Shown here: one piece after another, positions 10,809 to 21,000 of the stretch
How positions within the stretch are numbered: position 1 is the stretch's first letter
Layout: each line of letters starts with the position of its first letter
NCBI GenBank assembly: GCA_030295235.1
Contig: AP026130.1
Coordinates: forward strand, 248,001-312,000
DNA from: Fistulifera solaris
Taxonomy: Eukaryota
Direction of reading: 5' to 3'
Length of the DNA: 64,000 nucleotides
The notes under the pieces: generated by a model
The model's input: only the letters and a program-made list of their open reading frames with translations
Told to the model about the DNA's origin: nothing
The model's database searches: none
Position numbers and translations under genes: made by a program

Positions 10809-12227
10809 CTATGACTGTTGTTTGGATGTTTCCGCCAGTGTTCTCGTACTCAAATAATTGCGAATGGCCACTAAATTGCTGCACAAATCACGCACAATCC
10901 GTCCTTCAATCATGCGGACGGGCAGATACGCCCGGGGACTCACTTCCACGGCGTACGTCAAACGCATGTACTCCGTCCCGGGCGGTGAGCAACCCGGCAA
11001 GGGTTGCATCCTCCAAACGCCTTGATACATCCGGAATTCTCCGTCATCATTTTCAATCGATTGCATGGAAATATCCCGCGTCGGTAATTTGGAGACGGCA
11101 AAGGGTCGAGGGAACTTGTACCGTTCCAGAGGAATCGTCGTCAAATCGTTGGCCCGTTGTTTTCGCGATTTGCCTTCCCAAACATCATCTTGAAAGTGGG
11201 CAAAATCGGGCAAACCCTGGGGCCATTCCCGAACTTCGAGTGTCGTGCGGGCCGAAAATTGGAGACCGGCAATCTTGGCCCCACCGACTTGTCGTAACAG
11301 AGCTCCTTTCATTTGTTGCGCCAATTGTTGACACTGTTCACTTTCGGGACGGGACTTGTCGACCACGAGTCGTTCGGAAGCCTTATATTCTTGCAAGACT
11401 TCATTGACGACGAGGTTGGGAACGACATCTTGCAAATGAGAATAATCCGTCAAAACATTCCAGACATCCTCTACGGACGCCATAATATCGATACCGGCAA
11501 AGATCCGACGGGAATTTTCGGGTGCTTTTTCCACCCTCACCACGGGTTCCCCCGGCACCAAACACTGATCATCGTCCAAGAACGGCGGTGCCATTTCACT
11601 GGTACCGTAATCGACATCTTCAAACGCCAAGGTGGAAACATCCACATCACTACTGTTGACGGCCGCCACATACATATCCGCCAATGCCTTGGAGGCAGCT
11701 TCTTCTTCGGCTTGTTCGACGACGACCAGGGCCCCTTCAATGGCTTGTTCCAAGGTGGCCGCTTGGACGGCTTGCAACGACAATCGTGTTTGCATTTTGG
11801 CTTGTTCAATGGCGATGCGGGTTTCTTGTACGGCTTGTTCCAATTGCAGTAATTTGTCTTCGAGTGGTTGGAAAGTGTCGCTGATTAACGTATTCAAATC
11901 ATCTTCGGAAGTGCTTGCTTTTGTCGTCTCTTTTAGTTTGCGCTGTCGTTGTTGCAAATCTTCGACCGCCATATCCATCGCTGTCAATGTAGCATCCGAC
12001 AAGACGGCACCGACGGGTGATATGAGAGCAATCGGTTTGGACATGCTTTTGACTAAATTGGTGACCCGTTGTTTCAATCGGGCTTTGCGTTCTTCCGGAA
12101 GTGGACGACGGGCGGGGAGTGGATGGGGGGGAGGTCGACTCTTCTTGTTCAAGCCAAAGGCGTCAACGGAGGCGAGTACTACCAGCCACACAACGGCCGT
12201 CCAGAAGAAATGATTTCTTGAATGCAT
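10809..12227 (-). CDS. Plastid-targeted START/polyketide-cyclase (SRPBCC) protein with an N-terminal coiled coil
   Basis: Signal peptide ending VDA-FG. START-like motifs RRIFAGIDIMASVEDVWNVLTDYSHLQDVVPNL, GEFRMYQGVWRMQP, LTYAVEVSPR..PVRMIEGRI..DL..NL.AIR. Confidence 0.8.
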   Translation of the reverse strand: MHSRNHFFWTAVVWLVVLASVDAFGLNKKSRPPPHPLPARRPLPEERKARLKQRVTNLVKSMSKPIALISPVGAVLSDATLTAMDMAVEDLQQRQRKLKETTKASTSEDDLNTLISDTFQPLEDKLLQLEQAVQETRIAIEQAKMQTRLSLQAVQAATLEQAIEGALVVVEQAEEEAASKALADMYVAAVNSSDVDVSTLAFEDVDYGTSEMAPPFLDDDQCLVPGEPVVRVEKAPENSRRIFAGIDIMASVEDVWNVLTDYSHLQDVVPNLVVNEVLQEYKASERLVVDKSRPESEQCQQLAQQMKGALLRQVGGAKIAGLQFSARTTLEVREWPQGLPDFAHFQDDVWEGKSRKQRANDLTTIPLERYKFPRPFAVSKLPTRDISMQSIENDDGEFRMYQGVWRMQPLPGCSPPGTEYMRLTYAVEVSPRAYLPVRMIEGRIVRDLCSNLVAIRNYLSTRTLAETSKQQS

Positions 12228-12592
12228 AATGATGAAAGGGAAGCCTTTTAATGAATGCAAACAAACAGATAGGAACGCAATACAGAGGTGAGAGGCAAAA
12301 AATGGCTTCCGCTCTCGCATCTTTTCCTCCTCTCATCACGCGGAGCAGCTTGCCGATGTTACAAGTATCCAGAAAAGTGTAGACGGGTGTCACCTTGGAA
12401 GGCTGACGTATGCGGCGTGTCGGATTGGGGAATCACGTCACGATACTGTCTTAACGGTAACCATCTAAGTCCCGTATAATTTGATACGCGTGCTTCGCAA
12501 AACAACAAAATGAGAGATGACGATCGAGACGACGAGCCATTGCAAATGACAAAAACGTAGCTCTTTCCATCTCCTGGCACCCAAATAATAAT

Positions 12593-13704
12593 ATGACACA
12601 AGAAGAAGAAGACACGTATTGGATTGCGGCCGTCGAAGCGGGTGGAACGTCGTTTCATGTCGCCATTTGTCAAGTGACCGCTCGTCCCACGATTGTCCAT
12701 CGGACGGAAATTTCGTCGGATCAAGCGCCGCATGTGACGTTGGAGGCGTGTGCTGCCTTTCTCCAACAATTCTCGTATCCGTATCGTGCGTTGGGGATTG
12801 CAACCTTTGGACCGGTCGGATTGCGTCCCGAACATCCGGACACGTACGGACGAATTTTATCCACTTCACCCAAAGAAGCGTGGCGGAATGTCGACATTGT
12901 GACGCCCCTCCGGGAGGCTTGTTCATCGAACAATCCTCACTTGAAAGTGCGTTTGGAAACCGATGTCAATGCCCCCGCCTGGGCCGAATATTTGGAGGCC
13001 AAGGGAAGTATTTCCAGTTGTGCGTACATTACCGTCGGGACCGGCGTCGGTGTTGGCTTGGTCGTCAATCATCAACCCGTGCACGGTCGGCTGCATCCGG
13101 AAGGAGGACATGTGGCGGTACCGCCACTGCCCGGCGACACCTTTGGTGGATATTCGTGGGGCGCCAATTGTCCGTATGGGGGTCAAAATACCGTCGAAGG
13201 ATTGGCTTCGTCAGTCGCTCTCACGGAACGGCTACAGATTTTACAATCACCCGACGCACCACCCCTCCAACGTAGTATTTTGAGTACGTTGCCCGACAAT
13301 CATGAACTATGGGATCATGCGGCCAATGCCTTGGCGAGTTTGTGTACGACCTTGTTGTTGACCTTGTCGATCGAAAAAATTGTCTTGGGGGTGGTGTCAT
13401 GAAACGGCCGGGATTGTTACAAAAGATACAAGTGAGGACGGTCGAACTGATCAATGGCTATATCGAGTTGCCGCAGAATATGTCTACGCTCATTACGACT
13501 TCGGCGGCGGGAGAAGATGCCGGATTGGTGGGTGCCATTGTCTTAGCGCAATCGGCGTGTAATGACGAAGAAACCGCACGCGAACAGCAGAAACTCACCA
13601 AGATGAAACAGACCGCATTTACCTACGGAATATGGCACGGTTTACTCGTGGGAAGTCTTTTGACGGCCGTCTTGTGCAAACGCTTTTATCGAACGACCAA
13701 GTAA
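12593..13704 (+). CDS. ROK-family fructokinase with a C-terminal transmembrane tail; one frameshift near 13390
   Basis: AVEAGGTSF, LGIATFGP, ETDVNAPA, YITVGTGVGVG, HPEGGH, EGLAS, LGGGVM, DAGLVGA. Confidence 0.88.
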
Positions 13705-13791
13705 GTAGATGAGGTTCCTTTCTCTATGAATAGCAAAGTACAATCAAAGAAAATGTAGCTCTATATTAGTAGCTCACAAAGTGTCAGCATT

Positions 13792-15045
13792 TTACAATGC
13801 GGCCTTTTCCAACTGCGCCGCCAAGTCTTCAATGTCTTGATCGTCTTTCTCGTCGTCCTCTTCTTCCTCGTCATCATCTTCCAACAAGTCGTCTTCATCC
13901 ACGACAACATTGGAATACATGGCCCGCAATTGTTGGGCTTGTTTTCGCGTCATTTCCGTTTCCGTCAAGATGAGAGTTTCTAAATTCGCAATTTTGTGTT
14001 GCAACAGCAACTGGACGGCCTCGGTCTCCAACAAATTCTCCGACAAATTCATTTCGAGCAAGGACGTGGTTTGTTGCAAATAGGGCAACAATTGTTCGAG
14101 TCCTTCTTGTTCGATTTCGTTCGTCGCCAATTCCAAACAATCGATAGTTGGGCATTGCAACAAATATTCCGTCAACCGTTCCATCCCTTCCACTTCCAGT
14201 TCATTGCCACTGATCTTGAGGGAAGTCAATTGGGCTTTGGATTTCGTCAAGGCCGTCAACAGCAACTCCAATCCATCGGGTTGTAAGGAACAGTCGACAA
14301 CATTGAGTGCTTTCAAGTGTGGACTTTGCGCAATGGCCGCACAGAGATCATGAATGGGATGTTCGGGATCGTCCCCGGATTTGAGTTCCGAATCCATCAC
14401 ACTAATGTCCCGCAAATGGGGGTTCGCACGCGTCTGTTCCGACAATCCTTGACAGATGGCTTTCGTGCCCTGTTGGAGAGGCCGACAACCGTTGTAATGC
14501 AAGACTTGCAAGTGTTGCCATTGCGGCAACCGCTCAGCGACGACTGCAGCACCTTGCGGCCCAATTTGATTGCGTCCCAACCGAATGGCTTGGATATCGG
14601 GTCGGACTTGTAAAACAAGAAGAGATTCTTTCGATAGGCCGGTATTTTCCAAGGTCAACGTGTGCGGCAATTGCAATAGTTCACGCAACAATTCGACACC
14701 CCGTATCCCCAAAGCATTGTCATCGAGGTGAAGGACTTCCAGGGACTTGCTACTCGAAAAGACGTCATTGAAAAAGGATAAACTCGCCAAGCCATCTTCC
14801 GTCACGAGACCCGCAATGATATCATCCAGCTTTAGTGTATGAATGCGATTTACAATGGATTGCAAAAATTCGCGCAACACATCTAAACACTCTTTGCGCC
14901 AGACCCGACACGACAAATCCAAGACAATGGGAGCGTCGTTGGGTAACAACTGGGTTTGCCATTGTTCGACCAGTGTTTCGGCGATGCTAGTCGTGATGGG
15001 AACCAAACGATCCCCGTGTGAATGAAGTGTGAGCATAGTTGTCAT
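13792..15045 (-). CDS. RANGAP: Ran GTPase-activating protein (LRR domain plus acidic tail)
   Basis: Ribonuclease-inhibitor-type LRRs, including the RanGAP-like segments KLDDIIAGL and LHLDDNALGIRG, and a D/E-rich C-terminus ending DLAAQLEKAAL. Confidence 0.8.
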   Translation of the reverse strand: MTTMLTLHSHGDRLVPITTSIAETLVEQWQTQLLPNDAPIVLDLSCRVWRKECLDVLREFLQSIVNRIHTLKLDDIIAGLVTEDGLASLSFFNDVFSSSKSLEVLHLDDNALGIRGVELLRELLQLPHTLTLENTGLSKESLLVLQVRPDIQAIRLGRNQIGPQGAAVVAERLPQWQHLQVLHYNGCRPLQQGTKAICQGLSEQTRANPHLRDISVMDSELKSGDDPEHPIHDLCAAIAQSPHLKALNVVDCSLQPDGLELLLTALTKSKAQLTSLKISGNELEVEGMERLTEYLLQCPTIDCLELATNEIEQEGLEQLLPYLQQTTSLLEMNLSENLLETEAVQLLLQHKIANLETLILTETEMTRKQAQQLRAMYSNVVVDEDDLLEDDDEEEEDDEKDDQDIEDLAAQLEKAAL

Positions 15046-15459
15046 GAAAATGAAGATTGAAAGAAGGAAGAAAGAAAAAGGATAAATTAGTAAATGCTGG
15101 GGAAGGGAAAAAAGAAAATGACGGGTCTTCCCAAGCCATTTGCATCTCGTTTGGTTGTGGCGGGTTCTTGTGGAGATGACGCAAGCCGCGGGATGACCGT
15201 TGGTAAGGAATTCACTGTACCGGTAACTGTACTGTCATGTCCGTCGCTCGGTGTCCGTCTGTCCGTCCGTTATACCGTCGTCTGTCTGGCCTTCCGTCCG
15301 CTTGACTTCGCGTTTTCGCACGTTGAACGCACTTTCAGCACCCGCTTTTCTTTCGCGCCTTTATGTTCTGTTTTCTTTCACTGTTTCCTCCTCGGGTCAC
15401 ACAAGTTACTTTCTTTGCTGGACTTTAACACTAGTTTTCCTTGAAAAGTCAATGCCAGA

Positions 15460-16493
15460 ATGAATTGGGGCTCGCAACGTTTGTTACAACGCTTGTATCC
15501 TAGAAGGAATCATCCTCGCGTCATTCCATCCTGGCATCCTCGTTCATCGTCGTCTTCCGTAGCGCAAGACGAGGATCCTTTGACCGAATATGATCGACCA
15601 CAGAAAAATTGTCACACTGTCCGACGTGTACTTGTTCCTCATCCTCATTGCCACCACCATTACCGGAACCCCAATATTCCGTTCGACGTCGCGTCTTGCC
15701 GTCGCATTTGACGGCACTGAGTTCGGCTCCAGGAACCCAGCTCTTAATTGAGGCATTGACGAAAAACAGTGCCGCAGCGTATATTCCGTTAACAGAACAT
15801 TTTTGCAATCAATCCGATCCGGCCTTTTGTGGGATTACAACTCTCCAGATCATTTTGAATGCGTTGGCGGTCGATCCGATGGTCCGATGGAAAGGAGGAT
15901 GGCGATATTTTGGCGATGAAACCGTGCTGTTGAGTCAATGTTGTTTGTCGGTGGAAATGGTCCGACGAATGGGTGTCACGATGGAACAGTTGCAACAATT
16001 GGCCGTTTGTCACGGATTGCGGGTCCAAATGGAACGGCCCTACCAAAATGAAGAACTCTTTCGAACGCATGTGCGGGATTGTTTGCAACAAACCGATCCT
16101 TCCGCCATGCTGGTGGTATCGTATGCCCGGAGTGCCTTGGGACAAACGGGAGAAGGACATTTTTCGCCGTTGGCGGCGTATCATGAAGCCTCGGATCAAG
16201 TGTTGTTGTTGGATGTGGCAAGATTCAAATATCCACCCTACTGGGTTTCGGTATCGGAATTGTATCAGGCCATGACCTTCGTGGATCAAGTCACGGCACA
16301 ACCGCGGGGATGGTATGTGATGCGTCCACCCTTGCTTTCCAGCAGTTACAAGGGCGTACCGATTACGTCGGAAGAACGTCGTCCGGCGTCGCTGGTGCCA
16401 TTGGCCGGTCAAAGTGTTTCCCCGTGTCCTCTGCATCCGGTCAAGATCGATTTCTGTCAAGCCGTCCGGCCACGCCGTCGTCCCAATTCCTAG
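15460..16493 (+). CDS. PCS: Phytochelatin synthase (glutathione gamma-glutamylcysteinyltransferase); N-terminus joined through a frameshift near 15605
   Basis: Catalytic triad motifs QSDPAFCG, GQTGEGHFSP and LDVARFKYPPYWV; also LNALAVDP..WKGGWRYF. Confidence 0.93.
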
Positions 16494-16565
16494 TATTACG
16501 AAATGCTCATTATAACTCTACCAAGTGAACGGCTATTTTTCATTCGCAAAAATTTGCATTTTATT

Positions 16566-17601
16566 TTATGTCAAAACACCATATTTGCGAAGAATGTCGT
16601 CCGCCGCAAATGCCAAGAGTTGACTGTTAGTATAGGGAATGTTTGGATCGTTCCTTCGTTGGCTGCGAGCCTGATCCATAGCACTCTCGAGTTGCAGTTG
16701 GCGCCACTCCACAAATCGATTCTCTTCTTCTTGCTCTTGTTGACGATATGTATCTTCCTCGGGCATGGCTGGTTCTATTTCAGGAATAGAGTTGTCTACT
16801 TCCATGACATCCTCTGCTTTTTTCCGGACGCTGGCGCTTTGTATTCGGCTGCTGCTGTTTCAATGTGTGATAGGTCTCCTTCACAAAGGGCAAGACTTGT
16901 TTCAATTCCAAGCGCGTGAATTCGGTGGAAGCATCGATGAGGTCCTCGAGTGCCACGTCGGCGACACAAATCAAGGCCGCCGCCTCGTACGCGGGTCCGT
17001 AGCGAACGAAATCGTACAGTTGACCCCGACGATCGGATTCATTCATGGTAGGATGGTTTACTACAAATTGTGTCATTTGATCAAACAATTGTTGCGCCAA
17101 TTGACTGGCCTTGCTGGAATCTAATATTTGGAGTCGAATCGCCAACGCTTCGATGCGCCGCGGATCGGCTTGCGCGGTGGTGGAACGGGAGGATCGTCGT
17201 ACTTCGATGGGGCGTTTCTGTCCGGTCAGTTGGCGAATGATTGGCACTTGCGTGCTTCGTTGAATCGGTGGATGTATGGAGCTCGGCGGTTGCAGATAAT
17301 TGTTGAGGGATTGTTGCAATTGTTCGAGATGCAATGTTTTCGTATTCACCGCCTTTTCCAATTTTTGCCACGGCAGACGGCTTTTGGTTTCTTGACGATA
17401 CGCTAATTCCAACAAGACAGCTGCACGAGTATTGGGACGATCGTATTTGCCGAGATTGCCTGTTTTGACGCGTGTTTCGAGGATACGGACCTGTTCGGCG
17501 GCTTTGCGGATCGTTTGCTTCGAAATATCTACGGCGTGATTTTTCGTCAGCACTTCGGCTAATCGTTCGACGGGGTTCCCCAATTGATACGTCAGCGGCA
17601 T
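16566..17601 (-). CDS. ORC6: Origin recognition complex subunit 6-like protein; frameshift near 16800
   Basis: N-terminal segment IRKAAEQVRILE...AAVLLELA resembles the ORC6 TFIIB-like fold. C-terminal RFVEWRQLQLESA resembles the ORC6 'YEEWKRKILE' helix. Confidence 0.6.
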
Positions 17602-18083
17602 CTTTTCTATGAAGAAGGAGGATGAGACGAGTACGCGAGACTTTTTTCAAAAATCCGAGTGAACAGCAGTGGACGAAAGCCTTTTTTTTCATCATTTTTG
17701 TGTCATGGTCGTTTATCATCATCTCTCTTATTCATTCGTCGCGGTGCAATTTTGGCAAGCTGAATTTCGGTGCCGGTCCGCTGAGAAGTTGTTCGCGACA
17801 ACGTCGCAATTTATTATTCCGTTGAAACTATCTGTTGACACTTCGTGCAACATAAAAAACCATACTAATCAAGATGATTAGAGCCCAACCTCTAATCAAT
17901 CTCACGCCTGTCACTCGAAGTCACATTCTTTCTATAAATTATTATACAGCGATGAAGATACAATATTCCCGACAGAACCAACCAAAATCCCATCGTCCAA
18001 CATTTTTGTTTTTTGCGGCACGACGTGATTGTGAACAAGGAACAAGATACCTTACCTGGTATACATCACATATTACAGCAACC

Positions 18084-21000
18084 ATGACGTCCTCTAGAGT
18101 TCGTGTAGCGGTCCGTGTGCGGCCATTGGGTCATCAAGAGGTCGCACAAGGAGGCACTCATGTGGTGACGGCGCGACACCCCGAGATTCGTTTGGGGGAA
18201 CGACGATTTACGTTCGATTCGGTGTTTGATACTTCCGTGAGCCAGGCGGCTTTGTTTGAGGAAGTTTCCGGGCCACTGCAAACCAGTTTTTGGATGGATA
18301 CAACGCTACGGTGAGTTCTCTTTGAGTTCGAGCTTGGGGCAACAAAGGTGCTCGATTCTGTCCTCTCACATACTTGAATTTTGTTTGCAGATTATGGCGT
18401 ACGGTCAGACGGGTTCCGGAAAAACGTTTACCATGGGAAGTGAAGCTCATTCAGAGCTTGAAATTACGGATAGTACGGGTTTGATTCCGCGTTTCATGAA
18501 TGGCCTTTTCGAAGAACTCGAACAACGCCGCGGCACGAACGCGCTGTCGAGATACAAAGTAGAAGCGTCGTTTCTGGAAGTATACGGAGAAGATGTTCAT
18601 GATCTGTTGCTCGAATCTCGTCCGTCGTTGCCGCTCCGCGAAGGTGCGAATGGGGGGATCGTTTGTCCGGGGTTGACGATGAGACACGTGCAAACGGCCG
18701 AACAAGCGGTGGAAGTTCTTCACGACGGAACGAAGAACCGCACCACCGCGGCCACTTTAATGAATCTCACGAGCAGTCGATCCCATGCGGTGTTTACGGT
18801 GACGCTCACACAAACAGCGTCGTTGCCGAACAGTGACGTGGAAGTCACCACCACGAGTCGTTTCACGTTTGTGGACTTGGCGGGAAGTGAACGATTGAAA
18901 AGACGGGTGCCGAAGGCACGCGGGCGAAAGAAGGAATCAAAAATCAATGAGGGGCTGTTGGCTTTGGGAAACGTTATCAATGCTTTGGCGGATGATGAGC
19001 GTTTGTTGGAAGGAAAGAAAATGCATGTTCCTTATCGTCAGTCGAAATTGACTCGGCTGTTGCAGGACGCATTGGGTGGAAACAGCCAGACTCTGTTCCT
19101 TGCCTGTATCTCGCCGTCCGATACGAATGCTAGCGAGAGTTTGTCAACTTTACATTACGCGAATCGAGCCCGCAACATCAAAAATGCTCCGACGAAGAAC
19201 GTCGATTCGAATGTCTTGGAAATGCAGCGGTTGCAAGCATACAATAATATACTTCAAAGCGAGCTGGTCAAACTTCGCTTTGGTGGCGGCGAGAACCCTG
19301 AGCTATCCGTGGACGAGCTGCTGTTGAAAAGTGAAGTAAACGATTATCTTTCGCGACTACATCAAATTGCAATGACTTCTATTGACGGGTCAAGTCTGCC
19401 ATCCGGCTTCGGAACAAGTCATCACGCTCCAGTCAGTCTTACCTCGCCGAAGCCAAATAAAGTGAGACCCTGTCCGAGTTCCGTGCTCCGCGACATCTCA
19501 CCGAATAAATCGATATTTGAACACTGCGACGCAGACATGCTTACGGAAGTGAACCCAGACGAGGGAAATGTCAATCTTGAATCACCTGCTAGAGCTTCAG
19601 CAAAAGACTCAAGACTTCGACGATTCAAAGAAGAAAGACGATGAAGAACTAAAAGCCGTTACGGGGGAACTTGTCGAGCAGGAGGCGATGTTGCTTCAAC
19701 TTCGCGATAGTCTCAAAGTATACCATCATATGAAAGACCAATACGAGAAGCTGATGGTCGAGGTACAGCACCTCGAGACCGAAAAGGCACAGCTTGCTGA
19801 TCAACTCGAAAAAAGCCAAAAGTGATCCTAGCGCTGGATGTTCCGTTGCGATTAAAATGAATCTGGAGAAGGTGGAACAAAACTTAGCTAGAGCACGAGA
19901 TGAGACGAGAAAATATCGACAGATGTGCAAGAAGGCGGAGCAGGAACAGCAAAAGTGTTTGGTGCTAGAACGTAAGGTCAGCGAACTAAAGTCTAAGAGC
20001 GCAGCCCTGGTACGAAAACAGAAAGCATCAGCAGCACAGTTTCGTGACTATACTGAGTCCAAGCAGCGCGAAATCGCCGCCTTGAAGAGAAAAGAAAAAG
20101 CTACTGAAAAGAAGATGAGCAAGCTGCAGTCGGAAATTCAAATCCACCGCCGGAACCTCGATAAGCGTCAGGTATTCTGCAACAAACTTTCATCGAAACT
20201 CAAGGAGACGGAGACGCATTTGATGAAATTGCTGGCTCTCCGTAAGAAAGAATGTCGTGAAAGAAATGCCAAGACGGGCAAACAACGCGCAACCATGGTT
20301 TCGAAGGACGCCAATGTCCAGCAGGGCCTTGCTCCTGCTGACGATGAGGTATTGAAGTCGATCAAAATGTTGGTTGACAGAGTTGTATCAGCAGCTGTGA
20401 CTAAGGAATGCGCAAAGAAGAAGTATCAGAGCAGATTCAATGAATACACACAGACTATGAGGCTGCTTGTAGATCAAGTCAAGACTTTGGAAGAATTCAA
20501 GAGTACTGAAAGCGGGGATTCGGAGGACGGGTTGCAGCAGGAAGCCGAGCAGCAGATCGAAGACCTTGAGCTCAAGATAGAGTTACTAGCGGGAGAGTTG
20601 GAGCTGCTCAGTTCCGAGCTTCCAGCCGACGATGATGGTGCGAATGATGCTTCGGAGCACATCAATCAGCTACTTGGAGACAAAGAAGCGCCTGTTCTTC
20701 GTAGCATGTTAGCCGCTTATCTTCAAGAGTTGATACATGCGGAGGTACGAGAAACCAACTTGTAAACCGTACAAGAACTCATTGACACAACATACTCACC
20801 GTTTTCCTATCAGTTTGAGAATAAGCAGCTTTCTGAGTCCATCAAAAGAAAGGAGTCCGTCGTTGAGGGTTTGGAGTCTGAAATCGCACAGTTGTCTTCA
20901 CGGATTTCAATATTGAATTCCAGAGACGAAGAACACGAAACATCACTTGTCGAAGCAGAAAAGCAAAAATTAGAACTGGCAAACCAAAGCCTATCGAGCA

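Noticed and set aside
10679..12213. Long antisense ORFs (242, 179 and 193 aa) and similar shadow ORFs elsewhere
   Set aside because: They overlap well-supported genes on the opposite strand. Stop-poor antisense frames are expected where TA/AG/CT dinucleotides are scarce.
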